Source of the DNA: Thermoanaerobaculia bacterium
GTDB lineage: Bacteria; Acidobacteriota; Thermoanaerobaculia; UBA5066
Direction: 5' to 3'
DNA: 64,000 nt
Assembly: GCA_963719225.1 (NCBI GenBank)
Contig: CAVRAY010000001.1
Location: forward strand, 1,984,001-2,048,000
This document shows, piece after piece, positions 1 through 10,497 of this stretch; position 1 is the stretch's first letter; each line of letters starts with the position of its first letter. The notes under the pieces are model-generated. The model made no database searches. It worked only from the letters and a program-made list of their open reading frames with translations, and was not told the DNA's origin. The position numbers and the translations under genes are program-made.

Positions 1-1
1 C

Positions 2-565
2 TTTCTCATCGGGCTCGTGGGTCTCTACTCCGAGCTGTCGCACCCGGGCGGGATCCTGCCCGGCGTCCTCGGGGCGATCTGTCTCCTCGTCGCGCTCTTC
101 GCGATGTCCGTCCTGCCCGTGAACGGAGCCGGGATGGGCCTCCTCGTCCTCGGAGCCCTGTTCTTCTTTCTCGAGATCAAGCTCGCGTCCCACGGCGTCC
201 TCGCCGTGGGCGGCGCCGTCGCAATCGTGCTCGGCGCCATCCTGCTGTTTCCCGACCGGCCCGGGGCGCCGCGCGGCGAGCTCGCGACGCTCGTGGCGGG
301 CGCCATTACGACCGCCGTGATCCTGGCGCTCCTGTCCTTCCGGGCGCTCGCCGTGAAGCGGCTTCCGGACCGCACGGGCGCTGGCGTGCTCGTGGGCCAG
401 ATCGTCGCGGCGCGCACCGCCCTCACGCCGACGGGCAAGATCTTCGTCGATGGCGCGATCTGGGAAGCGCGCTCGACCGCGCCCGTCGCCGCCGGCGAGA
501 ACGTCGAGATCACGGGTCTCGACGGCTTGTCCGTGCTCGTTCGCCCCGCCCCGAAAGGGGCTTAA
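2..565 (+). CDS. nfeD: NfeD family membrane protein (5' truncated by window)
   Basis: Hydrophobic TM block (ELSHPGGILPGVLGAICLL) plus C-terminal OB-like 'GKIFVDGAIWEARS'; directly upstream of an SPFH gene, the usual nfeD-stomatin pairing. Confidence 0.85.
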   Translation, partial: FLIGLVGLYSELSHPGGILPGVLGAICLLVALFAMSVLPVNGAGMGLLVLGALFFFLEIKLASHGVLAVGGAVAIVLGAILLFPDRPGAPRGELATLVAGAITTAVILALLSFRALAVKRLPDRTGAGVLVGQIVAARTALTPTGKIFVDGAIWEARSTAPVAAGENVEITGLDGLSVLVRPAPKGA

Positions 566-574
566 GGAGACTCG

Positions 575-1339
575 ATGTCGAATCTGCCGATCCTCATTCC
601 GATCGTCTTCGTCGGACTGGTTTTCCTGTCGAAGTGGATCAACGTCCTGAACGAATACGAGCGGGCCGTCACGTTCTGGCTCGGGCGCCTCTCGCCGGCC
701 CCGAAGGGCCCTGGCCTGACCCTCATCTTCTGGCCGTTCGAGACGATGGTGCGGATCTCGCTCCGCACGGTGGTCCTCGACGTGCCGCCGCAGGACGTCA
801 TCACGCGCGACAACGTGTCCGTGAAGGTGAACGCGGTCGTTTACTTCCACGTCATGGATCCGGCGAAGGCCGTCGTGAAGGTCGAGAACTACCTCTACGC
901 CACTTCGCAGCTGTCCCAGACCACGCTCCGGTCGATCCTCGGCCAGGCGACTCTGGACGAGCTGCTCTCTTCCCGCGACAAGCTGAACGAGAGCCTGCAG
1001 GAAATCCTCGACAAGCACACGGACCCGTGGGGCATCAAGGTTACGATGGTCGAGCTGAAGGGCGTCGACCTGCCGATCGAGATGCAGCGCGCCATGGCCA
1101 AGCAGGCCGAGGCCGAGCGCGAGAAGCGCGCGAAGATCATTCACGCCTCCGGCGAGTTCGAGGCTGCCAAGCAGCTGTCGGAAGCGGCCGCGATCATCGG
1201 CCGCGAGCCCGCCACGCTTCAGCTTCGGTATCTCCAGACCCTCACGGAGATCGCAACGGAGAAGAACTCCACGATCATCTTCCCGCTGCCGATGGACCTC
1301 ATTTCGGCATTCCTGAAGAAAGGCGGGACCCCGGGATGA
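575..1339 (+). CDS. SPFH/slipin (stomatin-like) family protein
   Basis: [46 protein letters not shown] motifs; RBS AAGGAG upstream. Confidence 0.95.
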   Translation: MSNLPILIPIVFVGLVFLSKWINVLNEYERAVTFWLGRLSPAPKGPGLTLIFWPFETMVRISLRTVVLDVPPQDVITRDNVSVKVNAVVYFHVMDPAKAVVKVENYLYATSQLSQTTLRSILGQATLDELLSSRDKLNESLQEILDKHTDPWGIKVTMVELKGVDLPIEMQRAMAKQAEAEREKRAKIIHASGEFEAAKQLSEAAAIIGREPATLQLRYLQTLTEIATEKNSTIIFPLPMDLISAFLKKGGTPG

Positions 1340-2031
1340 CGGCTCTAGGGCTTTCGGAAGGCCCGGAGGAACGACAGGACCGGCCGCCCGTCCATTACCA
1401 GATCTCCGTCACGGGGCGGCAGGCCGCTTTCTTCTTCCTCCTCCTTCTCGTCGCTCTCGCGCTCTCCTTTTTCTTCGGGATGAAGACGGGCGCCGCGGCG
1501 CGGAAGGGTCCGGGCGCAGTTGCGACTCTGGCAAACGCGTCAGATCTTCCCGTTCCGACGATGGCACCCTCGGAAAACCCCCGCGAGGAGAAGAAGCCTT
1601 CCGAGGAGACGCTCGGGTTCGCGGCCGACAAGCGTGCGGCGCTGAAGGAAACGGCGGCCGCGCCGACGCCGGCCCCCGCGCCCACCGCGATGCCGACGAA
1701 GCCTCCCGCGCCGACCGCGCCCGCGCCCGCGCCCGCGAAGGAGACCCCGCCAAAAGCGGCGTCGGCGAAAGCCGCACCGGCGAAGGCTGGGCCGAAAGGG
1801 CCGTTCTGGGTCCAGGTGCTCGCGACGAAAAAAGCCCAGGCCGCCGACGAACTGATGAAGCGGCTCAAGGGGGAAGGCTTCGCGGCGGACGTCTCGGCCG
1901 TGCCGGGTAAAGACGGCTGGTTCCGCGTACGCGTGGGCCCGTTCAAGGAACGCTCCAAGGCCGAGGCGACCGCGCGGAAGATCAAGTTGACCGACAAGCA
2001 GATCAAGAACACGCCTCTGGTAGTGCCTTGA
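1336..2031 (+). CDS. SPOR domain-containing membrane protein (FtsN/DedD-like)
   Basis: ATG overlaps upstream stop (ATGA); N-terminal TM, Pro/Ala linker, C-terminal FWVQV...[13 protein letters not shown] motif. Confidence 0.85.
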   Translation: MTALGLSEGPEERQDRPPVHYQISVTGRQAAFFFLLLLVALALSFFFGMKTGAAARKGPGAVATLANASDLPVPTMAPSENPREEKKPSEETLGFAADKRAALKETAAAPTPAPAPTAMPTKPPAPTAPAPAPAKETPPKAASAKAAPAKAGPKGPFWVQVLATKKAQAADELMKRLKGEGFAADVSAVPGKDGWFRVRVGPFKERSKAEATARKIKLTDKQIKNTPLVVP

Positions 2032-2909
2032 GCCGTCCTCTTCCCGTTCGCGGAACGCCCGCCCTGCCCGTCTGGATTCGCGAAAAGAAGCTGCGGCTCG
2101 CCGACCTCCACGAAATGAAGGCGCGGATGCGGCGCGGGAGCCTCTCGACGGTCTGCGAGGAGGCCCGCTGTCCGAATCGTACCGAGTGCTTCGAGAGGAA
2201 GACGGCCACGTTTCTCATCGCGGGCGACGTCTGTACGCGTGCCTGCGGCTTCTGCCACATCACGTCCGGCCGGCCCGCGCCCCTGGATCCCGACGAGTCC
2301 GTACGCCTCGTCCGCGCCGCCAACGAGATGGGGATCCGGCACATCGTGGTGACCTCCGTGGATCGCGACGACCTCCCCGACGGCGGCTCGGCGCATTGGG
2401 CGGCAGTCGTCTGGGCGCTGAAGCAGGACGACGCCGCCCGGACGGTCGAGGTCCTGACGCCGGACTTCCAGGGAGCCGCGGACGCGATCGACCGTGTCGC
2501 CGATTCCGGTCCGGACGTCTACAACCACAACGTCGAGACCGTTCCGCGTCTCTACGACACGGTCCGGCCGAAATCTCAGTTCCGCCGCTCGGTTGATCTT
2601 CTCGCGAGGGTGAAGGCGCGCCATCCCGCGATGACGACGAAATCCGGCCTCATGCTCGGCCTCGGGGAGAGAGACGAGGAGGTCGTGGAGCTCTTTCGCG
2701 CACTGCGCGGCGCCGGCGTCGACGTGGTCACGGTGGGGCAGTACCTCAGGCCCTCCGCGTGGAACCTCCCGGTCGTGGAGTACGCGACGCCGGAGCGCTT
2801 CGCGGGGCTCGAGGCGCGGGGGATGGAGATGGGCTTTGCAGCCGTGTTCTCCGGCCCCTTCGTCCGCTCGAGCTACCGGGCGGAAGAGTTCGCGCCGAAG
2901 AGAGATTGA
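2028..2909 (+). CDS. lipA: Lipoyl synthase
   Basis: TVCEEARCPNRTEC, CTRACGFC, RSSY motifs. Confidence 0.97.
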   Translation: MSRPLPVRGTPALPVWIREKKLRLADLHEMKARMRRGSLSTVCEEARCPNRTECFERKTATFLIAGDVCTRACGFCHITSGRPAPLDPDESVRLVRAANEMGIRHIVVTSVDRDDLPDGGSAHWAAVVWALKQDDAARTVEVLTPDFQGAADAIDRVADSGPDVYNHNVETVPRLYDTVRPKSQFRRSVDLLARVKARHPAMTTKSGLMLGLGERDEEVVELFRALRGAGVDVVTVGQYLRPSAWNLPVVEYATPERFAGLEARGMEMGFAAVFSGPFVRSSYRAEEFAPKRD

Positions 2910-3053
2910 TCTTGCTTAGGACCCGAGCGTCTGGCGACGGAGGGCGCGCGGAGACAGGTTCCCGCCTGTTCCGGGGACGTGGCCCGATTTCTTCGATGGA
3001 GGATGTTGCAGTTCGCGTGTGCGCCGCCGGGCGCCACGCGGCTCGGCCGCCGC

Positions 3054-4607
3054 ATGTTGCCTCTCTTACCTTCTAAGAAAATCTCCCGTCTTTTCTTCTC
3101 TCTCGCTTCCGGCGTCCTTCTGGCCCTCTGTTTCCCGAATTTCTCGATTCTTCCTCTTCTCCCCGTCGCGCTGATTCCGCTGCTCGCCGCGCTCGATGGC
3201 GCGCGGCCTCGAAACGCCGCGGTCCTCGGCTACGCCTTCGGGCTCGCCTTCTGGATCGTCACGATTCCCTGGATCGCGTACACGGTGCACCGATTCGGAG
3301 GCGTGCCGTGGGTCGTGGCGGGACTCGCGCTCGTGCTCGCCGCGGCCATCTGCGCGGTCCCGATGGCCGTCCTGGGGCTTCTGTACGCGTGGGCGGCGCC
3401 CCGCACCGCCGCCGGCGTCGTGGCGACGTTCGCCGCGGCGTGGGTCGTCCAGGAGTTCTTTCGCACGACCGTCTGGATCTTCGGCGGTTTTCCGTGGGCT
3501 CTCCTCGCGAACCCGCTCGCCGACGTCCCGCAGCTCCTCGGCACGGCCGCTCTCGGCGGCGTTCTCCTGTCGTCGTTTCTCGTGGCCTCCTTGAACGCCG
3601 CGCTGTACGTCGCGCTCACGAGACCCGCCCGGAATCTGCGGCTGGCGTGGCTCGCCGGCGCGGCGCTCGCCGCCGTGATCGCGGGGGCGGCCAGGCCCGG
3701 CCGCCCGGCGGCTCCAGTCGAGTTCCTGAGGGTGGGCGTCGTTCAGCCGAACGTCCCGCAGGACCTCCGCTGGGAGGCCGGCACCGCGGAACGGCTGCTC
3801 GCCGATCTGGAGGACCAGACGCGCGGCCTCTGTCACCACGGGCGGCCGGCCCTCGTGCTGTGGCCCGAGAGCGCCGCTCCCTATTCGTGGTCTTTCACAC
3901 CGGCTTTCCGCGAGCGGGTCGTCGCGCTTTGTCGAGAGCTCGACATCGCGATCCTCTTGAGCACCGTGTGGTCGGACGCGCCGGACGACCCGGGCGCCCC
4001 GTTCTACAACGCCGCTCTCCTCGTGACGAAGGACGGACCCGTGACGCCGCCCTATTTCAAGCAGCGGCTCGTGCCCTTCGGCGAGTACGTCCCGATGGCC
4101 GGCCTCCTCCGGAGGATCAGGCCCATCAGCCGCGCGGTGCCTTCGGCGTTCACACCCGGCGCCGGACCGGCTCTCCTGAGGCTCGGCACCTGGAGGCTCG
4201 GCGGCGCCGTGTGCTACGAGGTCGTCTACCCGTGGATCGCGCGGGAAGAGACGCGGGCGGGGGCCGACGTCCTCTTCACGCTCACGAACGATGCGTGGTA
4301 CGGCCGGGCCGGCGCTCAGCGGCAGCACTGGCAGTCGGCCGTCGTGCGCGCGATCGAGACGGGGCGCCCCCTCGTGCGCGCCGCGATCACGGGAATCAGC
4401 GGAGCCGTGGACGGAAGCGGGCGCGTTCTCGTCACCCTCGGCCCCGACACGAAAGGCGCTTTCGCGGTGCCGCTCGAGCGGCGCGCCGCGCCTGCGCCCG
4501 CGGCCGCCGCAGGCGACGCGGCGGCCTGGGTTTGCACGGCGGGGCTGGTGGCCGGTATTCTCCGTGCGCGGCTTCTCAAGCCCCGAGAGCCCGCGGCGGC
4601 CGGCTGA
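3054..4607 (+). CDS. lnt: Apolipoprotein N-acyltransferase
   Basis: GGFPW, VQPNV, WPESA, KQRLVPFGEYVP, VCYE, TNDAWYG motifs; start codon uncertain. Confidence 0.95.
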   Translation: MLPLLPSKKISRLFFSLASGVLLALCFPNFSILPLLPVALIPLLAALDGARPRNAAVLGYAFGLAFWIVTIPWIAYTVHRFGGVPWVVAGLALVLAAAICAVPMAVLGLLYAWAAPRTAAGVVATFAAAWVVQEFFRTTVWIFGGFPWALLANPLADVPQLLGTAALGGVLLSSFLVASLNAALYVALTRPARNLRLAWLAGAALAAVIAGAARPGRPAAPVEFLRVGVVQPNVPQDLRWEAGTAERLLADLEDQTRGLCHHGRPALVLWPESAAPYSWSFTPAFRERVVALCRELDIAILLSTVWSDAPDDPGAPFYNAALLVTKDGPVTPPYFKQRLVPFGEYVPMAGLLRRIRPISRAVPSAFTPGAGPALLRLGTWRLGGAVCYEVVYPWIAREETRAGADVLFTLTNDAWYGRAGAQRQHWQSAVVRAIETGRPLVRAAITGISGAVDGSGRVLVTLGPDTKGAFAVPLERRAAPAPAAAAGDAAAWVCTAGLVAGILRARLLKPREPAAAG

Positions 4608-4652
4608 CCGATCCTCCAACTCGAACCGTGCGCCGCCGAGAGGAAGTTCCAC

Positions 4653-5802
4653 GTGAACGAAGAACGCATTGAGCGCCTGCTCGAACTCGCGTCGTCCGTG
4701 AGCGCCCTCCGGGGCTATCTTTGACGTCCGCAAGGCGGCGAAAGAGAAGGAAGAGCTCGAGCGGAAGACCGGCGAGCCCGGCTTCTGGACGAACGCTCTC
4801 GAGGCGCAGGAGACGCTGCGCAAGCTGAAGCGCGCCGAGCGCGTCCTGGACGACGACAAGGACCTCAAGGAACGACAGGACGAGCTCGAGATCCTCGCGG
4901 AGTTCCTGCGCTCGGGCGAAAAGGTGGAGTCGGACGCCGACCAGGCGCTCGCCACGATCGGCCCCTGGGCGCGCCACAAGGAGCTCACCTTCAAGCTCAC
5001 GCACGACGAGGATCCGCTGCCGGCGATCGTCGAGATCCACGCGGGCGCGGGCGGGACGGAGGCGCAGGACTGGGCGGAGATGCTCATGCGCATGTATCTC
5101 CGGTACGGGGAGCGGCGGGGATGGAAGACGGACGTCCTCGAGGCGACGTACGCCGAGGACGCGGGCATCAAGACCGCGACGCTGCGCTTCGAGGGGGAGT
5201 ACGCGTACGGACACATGAAGGCCGAGCGCGGCGTGCACCGGCTCGTGCGCATCTCGCCGTTCGACGCCGCGGCACGGCGCCACACGTCTTTCGCCGCGGT
5301 CTACGTCTCGCCGGAGATCGACGACACGATCCAGGTCGAGATCGGCGACAAGGACCTGAGGATCGACACCTTCCGGGCCGGCGGCAAGGGCGGACAGCAC
5401 GTCAACAAGACGGAGTCGGCGATCCGCATCACGCACCTGCCGTCGGGGCTCGTCGTGCAATGCCAGAACGAGCGTTCCCAGCACAAGAACAAGGACGCGG
5501 CGATGAAGGTCCTGAGGTCGCGTCTCTACCAGCGCGCCCTCGAAGAGCGCCAGGCGAAGGACGCCGAGCGCGCCGGCACGAAGATGGAGATCGGGTTCGG
5601 ATCGCAGATCCGTTCGTACGTTCTCGCGCCCTACAGGCTCATCAAGGACCACCGCACGAACTTCGAGGTCGGAGACGTGGACCGGGTGCTCGACGGGGAC
5701 CTCGACGGCTTCATCGAGGCGTATCTCCAGACTTTCGTGAAGAGAGGCGAGAAGGCCGCCACCGAGCGGCAGGGGTTCGGCGCGCCCGACGCGGCTCCAT
5801 GA
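4653..5802 (+). CDS. prfB: Peptide chain release factor 2, programmed +1 frameshift: join(4653..4721,4723..5802)
   Basis: GTG 4653 opens a 23-codon frame ending GGGGC-TAT-CTT-TGA-C; the +1 frame continues into RF2 with SPF and GGQ motifs. Confidence 0.97.
4711..4725 (+). promoter_or_regulatory. prfB +1 frameshift site (SD-like GGGG plus CTT TGA C)
   Basis: Sequence ggggctatctttgac matches the conserved RF2 autoregulatory shift site. Confidence 0.95.
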
Positions 5803-6428
5803 CGGATACGGACGGCGCGTACAGCCCCTGGATGGAAGAGCTGAGGACGCGTCTCGGCCGGGGCTTTGCTCCGCGGGCCCGCACTTCCGAGAGGGAAGAC
5901 GAATCCCGTCCGCTTCGTCAGGCGGCGGTGCTGATTCCGCTCTACGTGCGGGGGAAGGGCCTGTGGACGCTCTTCACGAAGCGGACGGACATGGTCGAGC
6001 ACCACAAGGGCCAGATCTCGTTCCCGGGGGGCGGGAAATCCGACCGGGACGCGAATCTCTGGGAGACGGCGACCCGCGAGACGGAGGAGGAGATCGGCGT
6101 CCCGCGCGCGAGCGTCCGCATCCTCGGCGTCCTGCCGAAGCTCGAGACCGTCACCGACTTCGAGGTCTCGCCGTTCGTCGGCGCGATTCCCTATCCGATC
6201 GACTTCGCGCCGCGCGCGGGCGAGGTGGAATCCATCATCGAGGTTCCCATGTCGTACCTCCTCGATCCGATGGTCGTCGAAGAGCGTGCCGTGAAGTGGA
6301 AGGGCCGGGACGTCAAGACGCTCGTCTACCACTACCGCGGCCATGCGATCTGGGGCGCGACCGCCCGCATCCTCGCGGACCTGCTGGCCGCGATGCGGGA
6401 CGAAGGCGGCCTCGTTTCACCGGGGTGA
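5799..6428 (+). CDS. CoA pyrophosphatase, Nudix (NudL-like)
   Basis: AAVLIPL, HKGQISFPGG, RETEEEIG Nudix box, IWGATA. Confidence 0.92.
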   Translation: MTDTDGAYSPWMEELRTRLGRGFAPRARTSEREDESRPLRQAAVLIPLYVRGKGLWTLFTKRTDMVEHHKGQISFPGGGKSDRDANLWETATRETEEEIGVPRASVRILGVLPKLETVTDFEVSPFVGAIPYPIDFAPRAGEVESIIEVPMSYLLDPMVVEERAVKWKGRDVKTLVYHYRGHAIWGATARILADLLAAMRDEGGLVSPG

Positions 6429-6446
6429 CGTCCGGCAGGCCGGCGC

Positions 6447-8093
6447 TCAGCGTTCGGCGACCGTGAGGCCCGACCCCTTCAGGAATGCGGCGGCCGCCAT
6501 GGCCTTTTCACGGTTCGCCTTGTAGAGCGCCGAGTCCGGATCCTTCGCGAGCGCCTTCTCGAAGAAGGTCACCGCCTCCTCGTACCGGCCGCGCTCGTAG
6601 GCGATGGCGCCGGCCTCGTCGTCGAGCAGCCCCTTGTCGGGGGCGGTGGACCGCGCCAGGCTCTCGGCAGCTTCCTTCAGGGCGCCGGTCTGCCGCAACG
6701 CGCGGGCGAGCGCCCATGCGCCTTCGAGGTTCGCCGGGTCGCGAAGCACGGCTTTCCGGAGGGGCTCGACCGCCTCGGCGGCCTGTCCGCGCTCCAGGAG
6801 CAGCGAGCCGAGGCCGCGCAGGGCGGGGGCGTAGTCGGGATCGGAGCGGATCGCCTCGCGGTATTCCTTTTCGGCGTCCTTCCAAAGACCTTTTTTCCGA
6901 AGCGCCGAAGCGAGATTGGCGCGCACGATCTCGCGGTCCGGGTCGGCGGCCGCTGCCTTCATCAGCGGATCGAGCGCCGCGTCGACGTCGCGCGCCTGCA
7001 GGAGAACGATCGCGTATTCGGTCAGCACGGAAACGTCCTTCGGAGACGCCGCCGCTGCGGTCGCGAAGACCTGTCGGGCGTGCGCGAGATCTCCCTCCGC
7101 GTAGGCCTTCCGGCCGAGGGCGAGAAGCCGGGCGCCGTTCTGGGGATTCACCGCGGTGGCGCGCCGAAGGGCATCGAGGGCGGCCTCCCAGTTCTTGTCC
7201 CCGATCGAGAGCTCGTAGAGGTCGAGCAGCGCCCCTTCGTTCTTGTCGTTGTACTTGAGCGACTGCCTGAGCGTCGCCTCGGCGAAGGCCCTCTCCCCGC
7301 GCAGCGCATAGGCGTTCCCGAGGAGGCGATAGGCATCGCTCGACTGCGGGTCGATCTCGAGGAGGCGGTTTGCCGCCGACTGGGCATTCAGAGCGTCGCC
7401 GCGCGCGAGGGCGGCGCGGCCGAGAGAGAGGTAATCCGTCGCTGGTGCAGCAGGGGCGGCCGCGACGACGCCGGACTGAGGCCGCGCACCCGTGGGCGCA
7501 GCAGGGGAAGCCTTCGGAGAGTCCGGCCCGGAGGCGCGAACCTTCGCGGCCTCGGTGAACTTTCCCTGCTTCTCGTAGGCCTGCGCGAGGATGTCGAGGG
7601 CCTCGGCGTCGAGCTTCTCGCGCGGGACGTTGTAGAGGAGGTCGTGGATGACGTCCTCGGTATTGCCGTCCGCGAGCTTCTCCTTCGCGACACGTTTCAT
7701 CTCCCCGAGGTCAGCCTGGGGAGACGGCATCGCGGCGCGCGCGGCCGTGCTCACCTCCCCGGCGAGCTTGACGAAGTCCGGCGAGTAGAAATCGGGCACG
7801 ATCTCGAAGTCGGGGAGGGCGCCGAACGCGCGTCGAAGTGCCTCCTGAGCCTCGGATTTCTTTCCGTCGTTGAAGTGCGCCCAGGCGGCCTGGACGAGCA
7901 TGCGCGAGCGGCGACGCGGATCGCTCGCCGCCGAGGCAGAGCTCTCGAACTTGAGCGCGGCCTTCCGGAACTGGCCGGCGTTGACGGCCTTGCGCGCTTC
8001 CTTCTCGAGCGCCTCGGAGCCCTCCTGGGCGACGAGAGGCGCACCAAGGAGGAGAACCACCCCGACCGCTACGAGGATCAGGCGCGTCCGCAT
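6447..8093 (-). CDS. Secreted tetratricopeptide repeat protein
   Basis: Signal peptide followed by multiple TPR-like repeats. Confidence 0.85.
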   Translation of the reverse strand: MRTRLILVAVGVVLLLGAPLVAQEGSEALEKEARKAVNAGQFRKAALKFESSASAASDPRRRSRMLVQAAWAHFNDGKKSEAQEALRRAFGALPDFEIVPDFYSPDFVKLAGEVSTAARAAMPSPQADLGEMKRVAKEKLADGNTEDVIHDLLYNVPREKLDAEALDILAQAYEKQGKFTEAAKVRASGPDSPKASPAAPTGARPQSGVVAAAPAAPATDYLSLGRAALARGDALNAQSAANRLLEIDPQSSDAYRLLGNAYALRGERAFAEATLRQSLKYNDKNEGALLDLYELSIGDKNWEAALDALRRATAVNPQNGARLLALGRKAYAEGDLAHARQVFATAAAASPKDVSVLTEYAIVLLQARDVDAALDPLMKAAAADPDREIVRANLASALRKKGLWKDAEKEYREAIRSDPDYAPALRGLGSLLLERGQAAEAVEPLRKAVLRDPANLEGAWALARALRQTGALKEAAESLARSTAPDKGLLDDEAGAIAYERGRYEEAVTFFEKALAKDPDSALYKANREKAMAAAAFLKGSGLTVAER

Positions 8094-8106
8094 GCGCGGA
8101 TTGTAG

Positions 8107-9807
8107 CTATTCCTTCTTCAGCTCGATGGGAGAAAGGACGTAGACATCGCCTTCCTTGAGGTCCACGGACCGTGCCTCGGTCCTGTAGCCCTTCAGGCTC
8201 AGAGTGATTTCGTGGGGACCGGCCCGCAGCGACTTCCGGACTGATGCCCCGGAGGATGCTCCGATGAGAACGCCGTCGATGCGGATCTCGGCACCCACGG
8301 GACGGGCGGTGATCGACACGATCGAACGCGGCGGAAACTTGCCCGTGATGGTCAGGGGGGCCGGATTCGCCGCGGAAATATCGAATTCCTGCTCAACCTT
8401 CGTGAACCCCGGGGCGTCGAACACGGCCACGTAGTGCCCGGGCTTGAGCGTGACGCGCGTCGCAGCCGGCAGGCTGGCCGGGTACTTTCTCCCGTTGATC
8501 GAGAGCTCTGCGTACATGTTCGACTTGAACGTGACGACGGCGGTCGTCGGGACTTCCTTCACCACGACCGTCGGCTCGGGTGGAGCCGTCGGTGTCGGCT
8601 CGGGCGGCGCCGTCGGGGCGGGAGCGGCTGTCGGGACGGGCACGGGCGTGGGCGCGGGTGGAGCCACGGTTCGTCGCTGCTGCACGACGAACCAGACGCC
8701 TCCCGCGACGGCCAGGAGAACCACGGCCGCCAGCAGGACCTTCAGCGCCGAGCCGCCCTCTTCACTTGCGCTGACGCGAACCCCCGCGCCGGTGTTCGTA
8801 TGGAGCCGCACGTCCCCGATGCCTCCGGCCGTGGGTCGCGCGGCTCCCGTTCCGAGCGGCGTATCGAGGACGCGTGACGCCCTTGCGCCGACGGGCGTCC
8901 GGGGCGACACGGAGGCCGAGACCGGAAAACCCGACGACGGGGTCGCGACTGTTTTCTCGGTGTCGCCGTCAGGCATCTGGAAAGCGGGACCCTCGGGCAC
9001 GGTCTGAAGAAGCGCCTGGCACTCGGCGCGCATCTCGGCGCACGAGGCGAAGCGTTTCGTGCGGTCCTTTTCGAGAGCCTTGAGGATCATGGCGTCGAGG
9101 CCCCGCGGCAGCGCCGGGTCGAGCGAGCTCGGCGGGGGCGGCGCCTCGTTCATGATCTTGTAGAGGACAGTCGAGATGTGGTCTCCACCGAAGGGCTTCT
9201 GGCCCGTCAGCATCTCGTAGGCGAGGACGCCGAGCGAAAAGATGTCGGTTCGCGGATCGAGGTCCTCTCCGCGGATCTGCTCCGGCGCGAGGTACGAAGC
9301 CGTGCCGAGCGTGATGCCGGTCTGCGTCAGAGTCGACTGGGAGACCATCGACTTCGCGATGCCGAAGTCCATGATCTTCACGGTTCCGTCCTCGAGAATG
9401 CGGATGTTCGAGGGCTTGATGTCGCGATGAATGATTCCGGTCGAGTGCGCGTAACCGAGCCCGTCGCAGACGTCGATGAGGATCTGAAGCTTGCGCCGGA
9501 GAGTGAGCGGCTCCTTCTTCTTGATCGCCTTGTCGAGGTCGTCGCCGGTGAGGAACTCCTGCACGATGTAGGGGGTGCCGTCTTCCGTCACGCCGAAGTC
9601 GTAGATCGTGGTGACGTTCCGGTGATGCAGATTTCCCGCGAACTCTGCCTCGCGGAAGAAACGTTTCTTGATCTCCTCTTCCTCGCTTTGGCAGGTCTTG
9701 ATCGCGACGGACCGCTTGATGAAGGGATCCCGGCCCTTGTAGACGGTTCCAAAACCGCCCACACCGATTTTCTCGACGATCTGGTACTTCCCGACCTGAG
9801 TCAGCAT
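8107..9807 (-). CDS. Hanks-type Ser/Thr protein kinase with TM and C-terminal PEGA-like domain
   Basis: IGVGGFGTVY, VAIK, HRDIKPSN, DFG, APE motifs; TM segment; 'ARPVGAEIRIDG...GPHEITLSLKGY' PEGA. Confidence 0.93.
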   Translation of the reverse strand: MLTQVGKYQIVEKIGVGGFGTVYKGRDPFIKRSVAIKTCQSEEEEIKKRFFREAEFAGNLHHRNVTTIYDFGVTEDGTPYIVQEFLTGDDLDKAIKKKEPLTLRRKLQILIDVCDGLGYAHSTGIIHRDIKPSNIRILEDGTVKIMDFGIAKSMVSQSTLTQTGITLGTASYLAPEQIRGEDLDPRTDIFSLGVLAYEMLTGQKPFGGDHISTVLYKIMNEAPPPPSSLDPALPRGLDAMILKALEKDRTKRFASCAEMRAECQALLQTVPEGPAFQMPDGDTEKTVATPSSGFPVSASVSPRTPVGARASRVLDTPLGTGAARPTAGGIGDVRLHTNTGAGVRVSASEEGGSALKVLLAAVVLLAVAGGVWFVVQQRRTVAPPAPTPVPVPTAAPAPTAPPEPTPTAPPEPTVVVKEVPTTAVVTFKSNMYAELSINGRKYPASLPAATRVTLKPGHYVAVFDAPGFTKVEQEFDISAANPAPLTITGKFPPRSIVSITARPVGAEIRIDGVLIGASSGASVRKSLRAGPHEITLSLKGYRTEARSVDLKEGDVYVLSPIELKKE

Positions 9808-9845
9808 GGAGTCAAAAAATCGTACCACGCGGCTATCATCCGGGC

Positions 9846-10496
9846 GTGCGGCGTCGCGTCCGGGAGCTCCTGACCGTTCTCGCGGCTGCGGGCGTCGGCT
9901 GCGGCTCACCCGACGCGAATCCGGCGGCGCCCTCGAGCGCGCCTGTCGCGCGCGCGGCCGAGGCGCGCGACGTCTATCGTCCTCCGGCCGACGGGCGCGT
10001 CACGACAGTCCAGGTGGAGATATTCCTGTCCGTTCTCGACCGCGTCCGCCTCGACCGGAGAGGGGAGAAACCCACCCCCGCCGGCGATCCTCTGTCGAGC
10101 GTTCCCGCCGACGTCGCCGCGGCCCGTGCTCGAGGCGTGAACGTCGAGGAGTTCCTCTGGGTCAAGGAGAGGGTGCTCGAAGCCGAGGCGGCGACCATGA
10201 CCGCCCGGCTCAACGCATCGGCTCTCGCGATGCTAGACAAGACGCTGGCCGACCTGAAGGCCCGGAGGTCGGACGCGGCGGACGAGGGGTCGCGAAAGCT
10301 CCTCGCAGAGCAGACGGCGCAGTTCGAGGCTGAAGCCGAACGGGTGCGCCGGGAGTCGAAGGTGCGCGAGAACGATGCCGTGCGCGCGAACATGAAGACT
10401 CTCGAGCCGTACCGCATGCGCCTCGCGGCGGCGCAGGACGCGCTCGAAAAGCCGCTTCTCAAGGAAGCGGAGAAGAAGAGCACCAAAGATTCTTAG
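9846..10496 (+). CDS. Hypothetical lipoprotein, helical
   Basis: Lipobox-like 'AAAGVGC'; GC3-rich codon usage; tight junction with the next gene. Confidence 0.7.
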   Translation: MRRRVRELLTVLAAAGVGCGSPDANPAAPSSAPVARAAEARDVYRPPADGRVTTVQVEIFLSVLDRVRLDRRGEKPTPAGDPLSSVPADVAAARARGVNVEEFLWVKERVLEAEAATMTARLNASALAMLDKTLADLKARRSDAADEGSRKLLAEQTAQFEAEAERVRRESKVRENDAVRANMKTLEPYRMRLAAAQDALEKPLLKEAEKKSTKDS

Positions 10497-10497
10497 A

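Noticed and set aside
4645-4660. parS-like AGTTCCACGTGAACGA
   Set aside because: Only 13/16 match with a broken right arm, single copy, overlaps the prfB start codon and lies ~49 kb from parB; probably chance.
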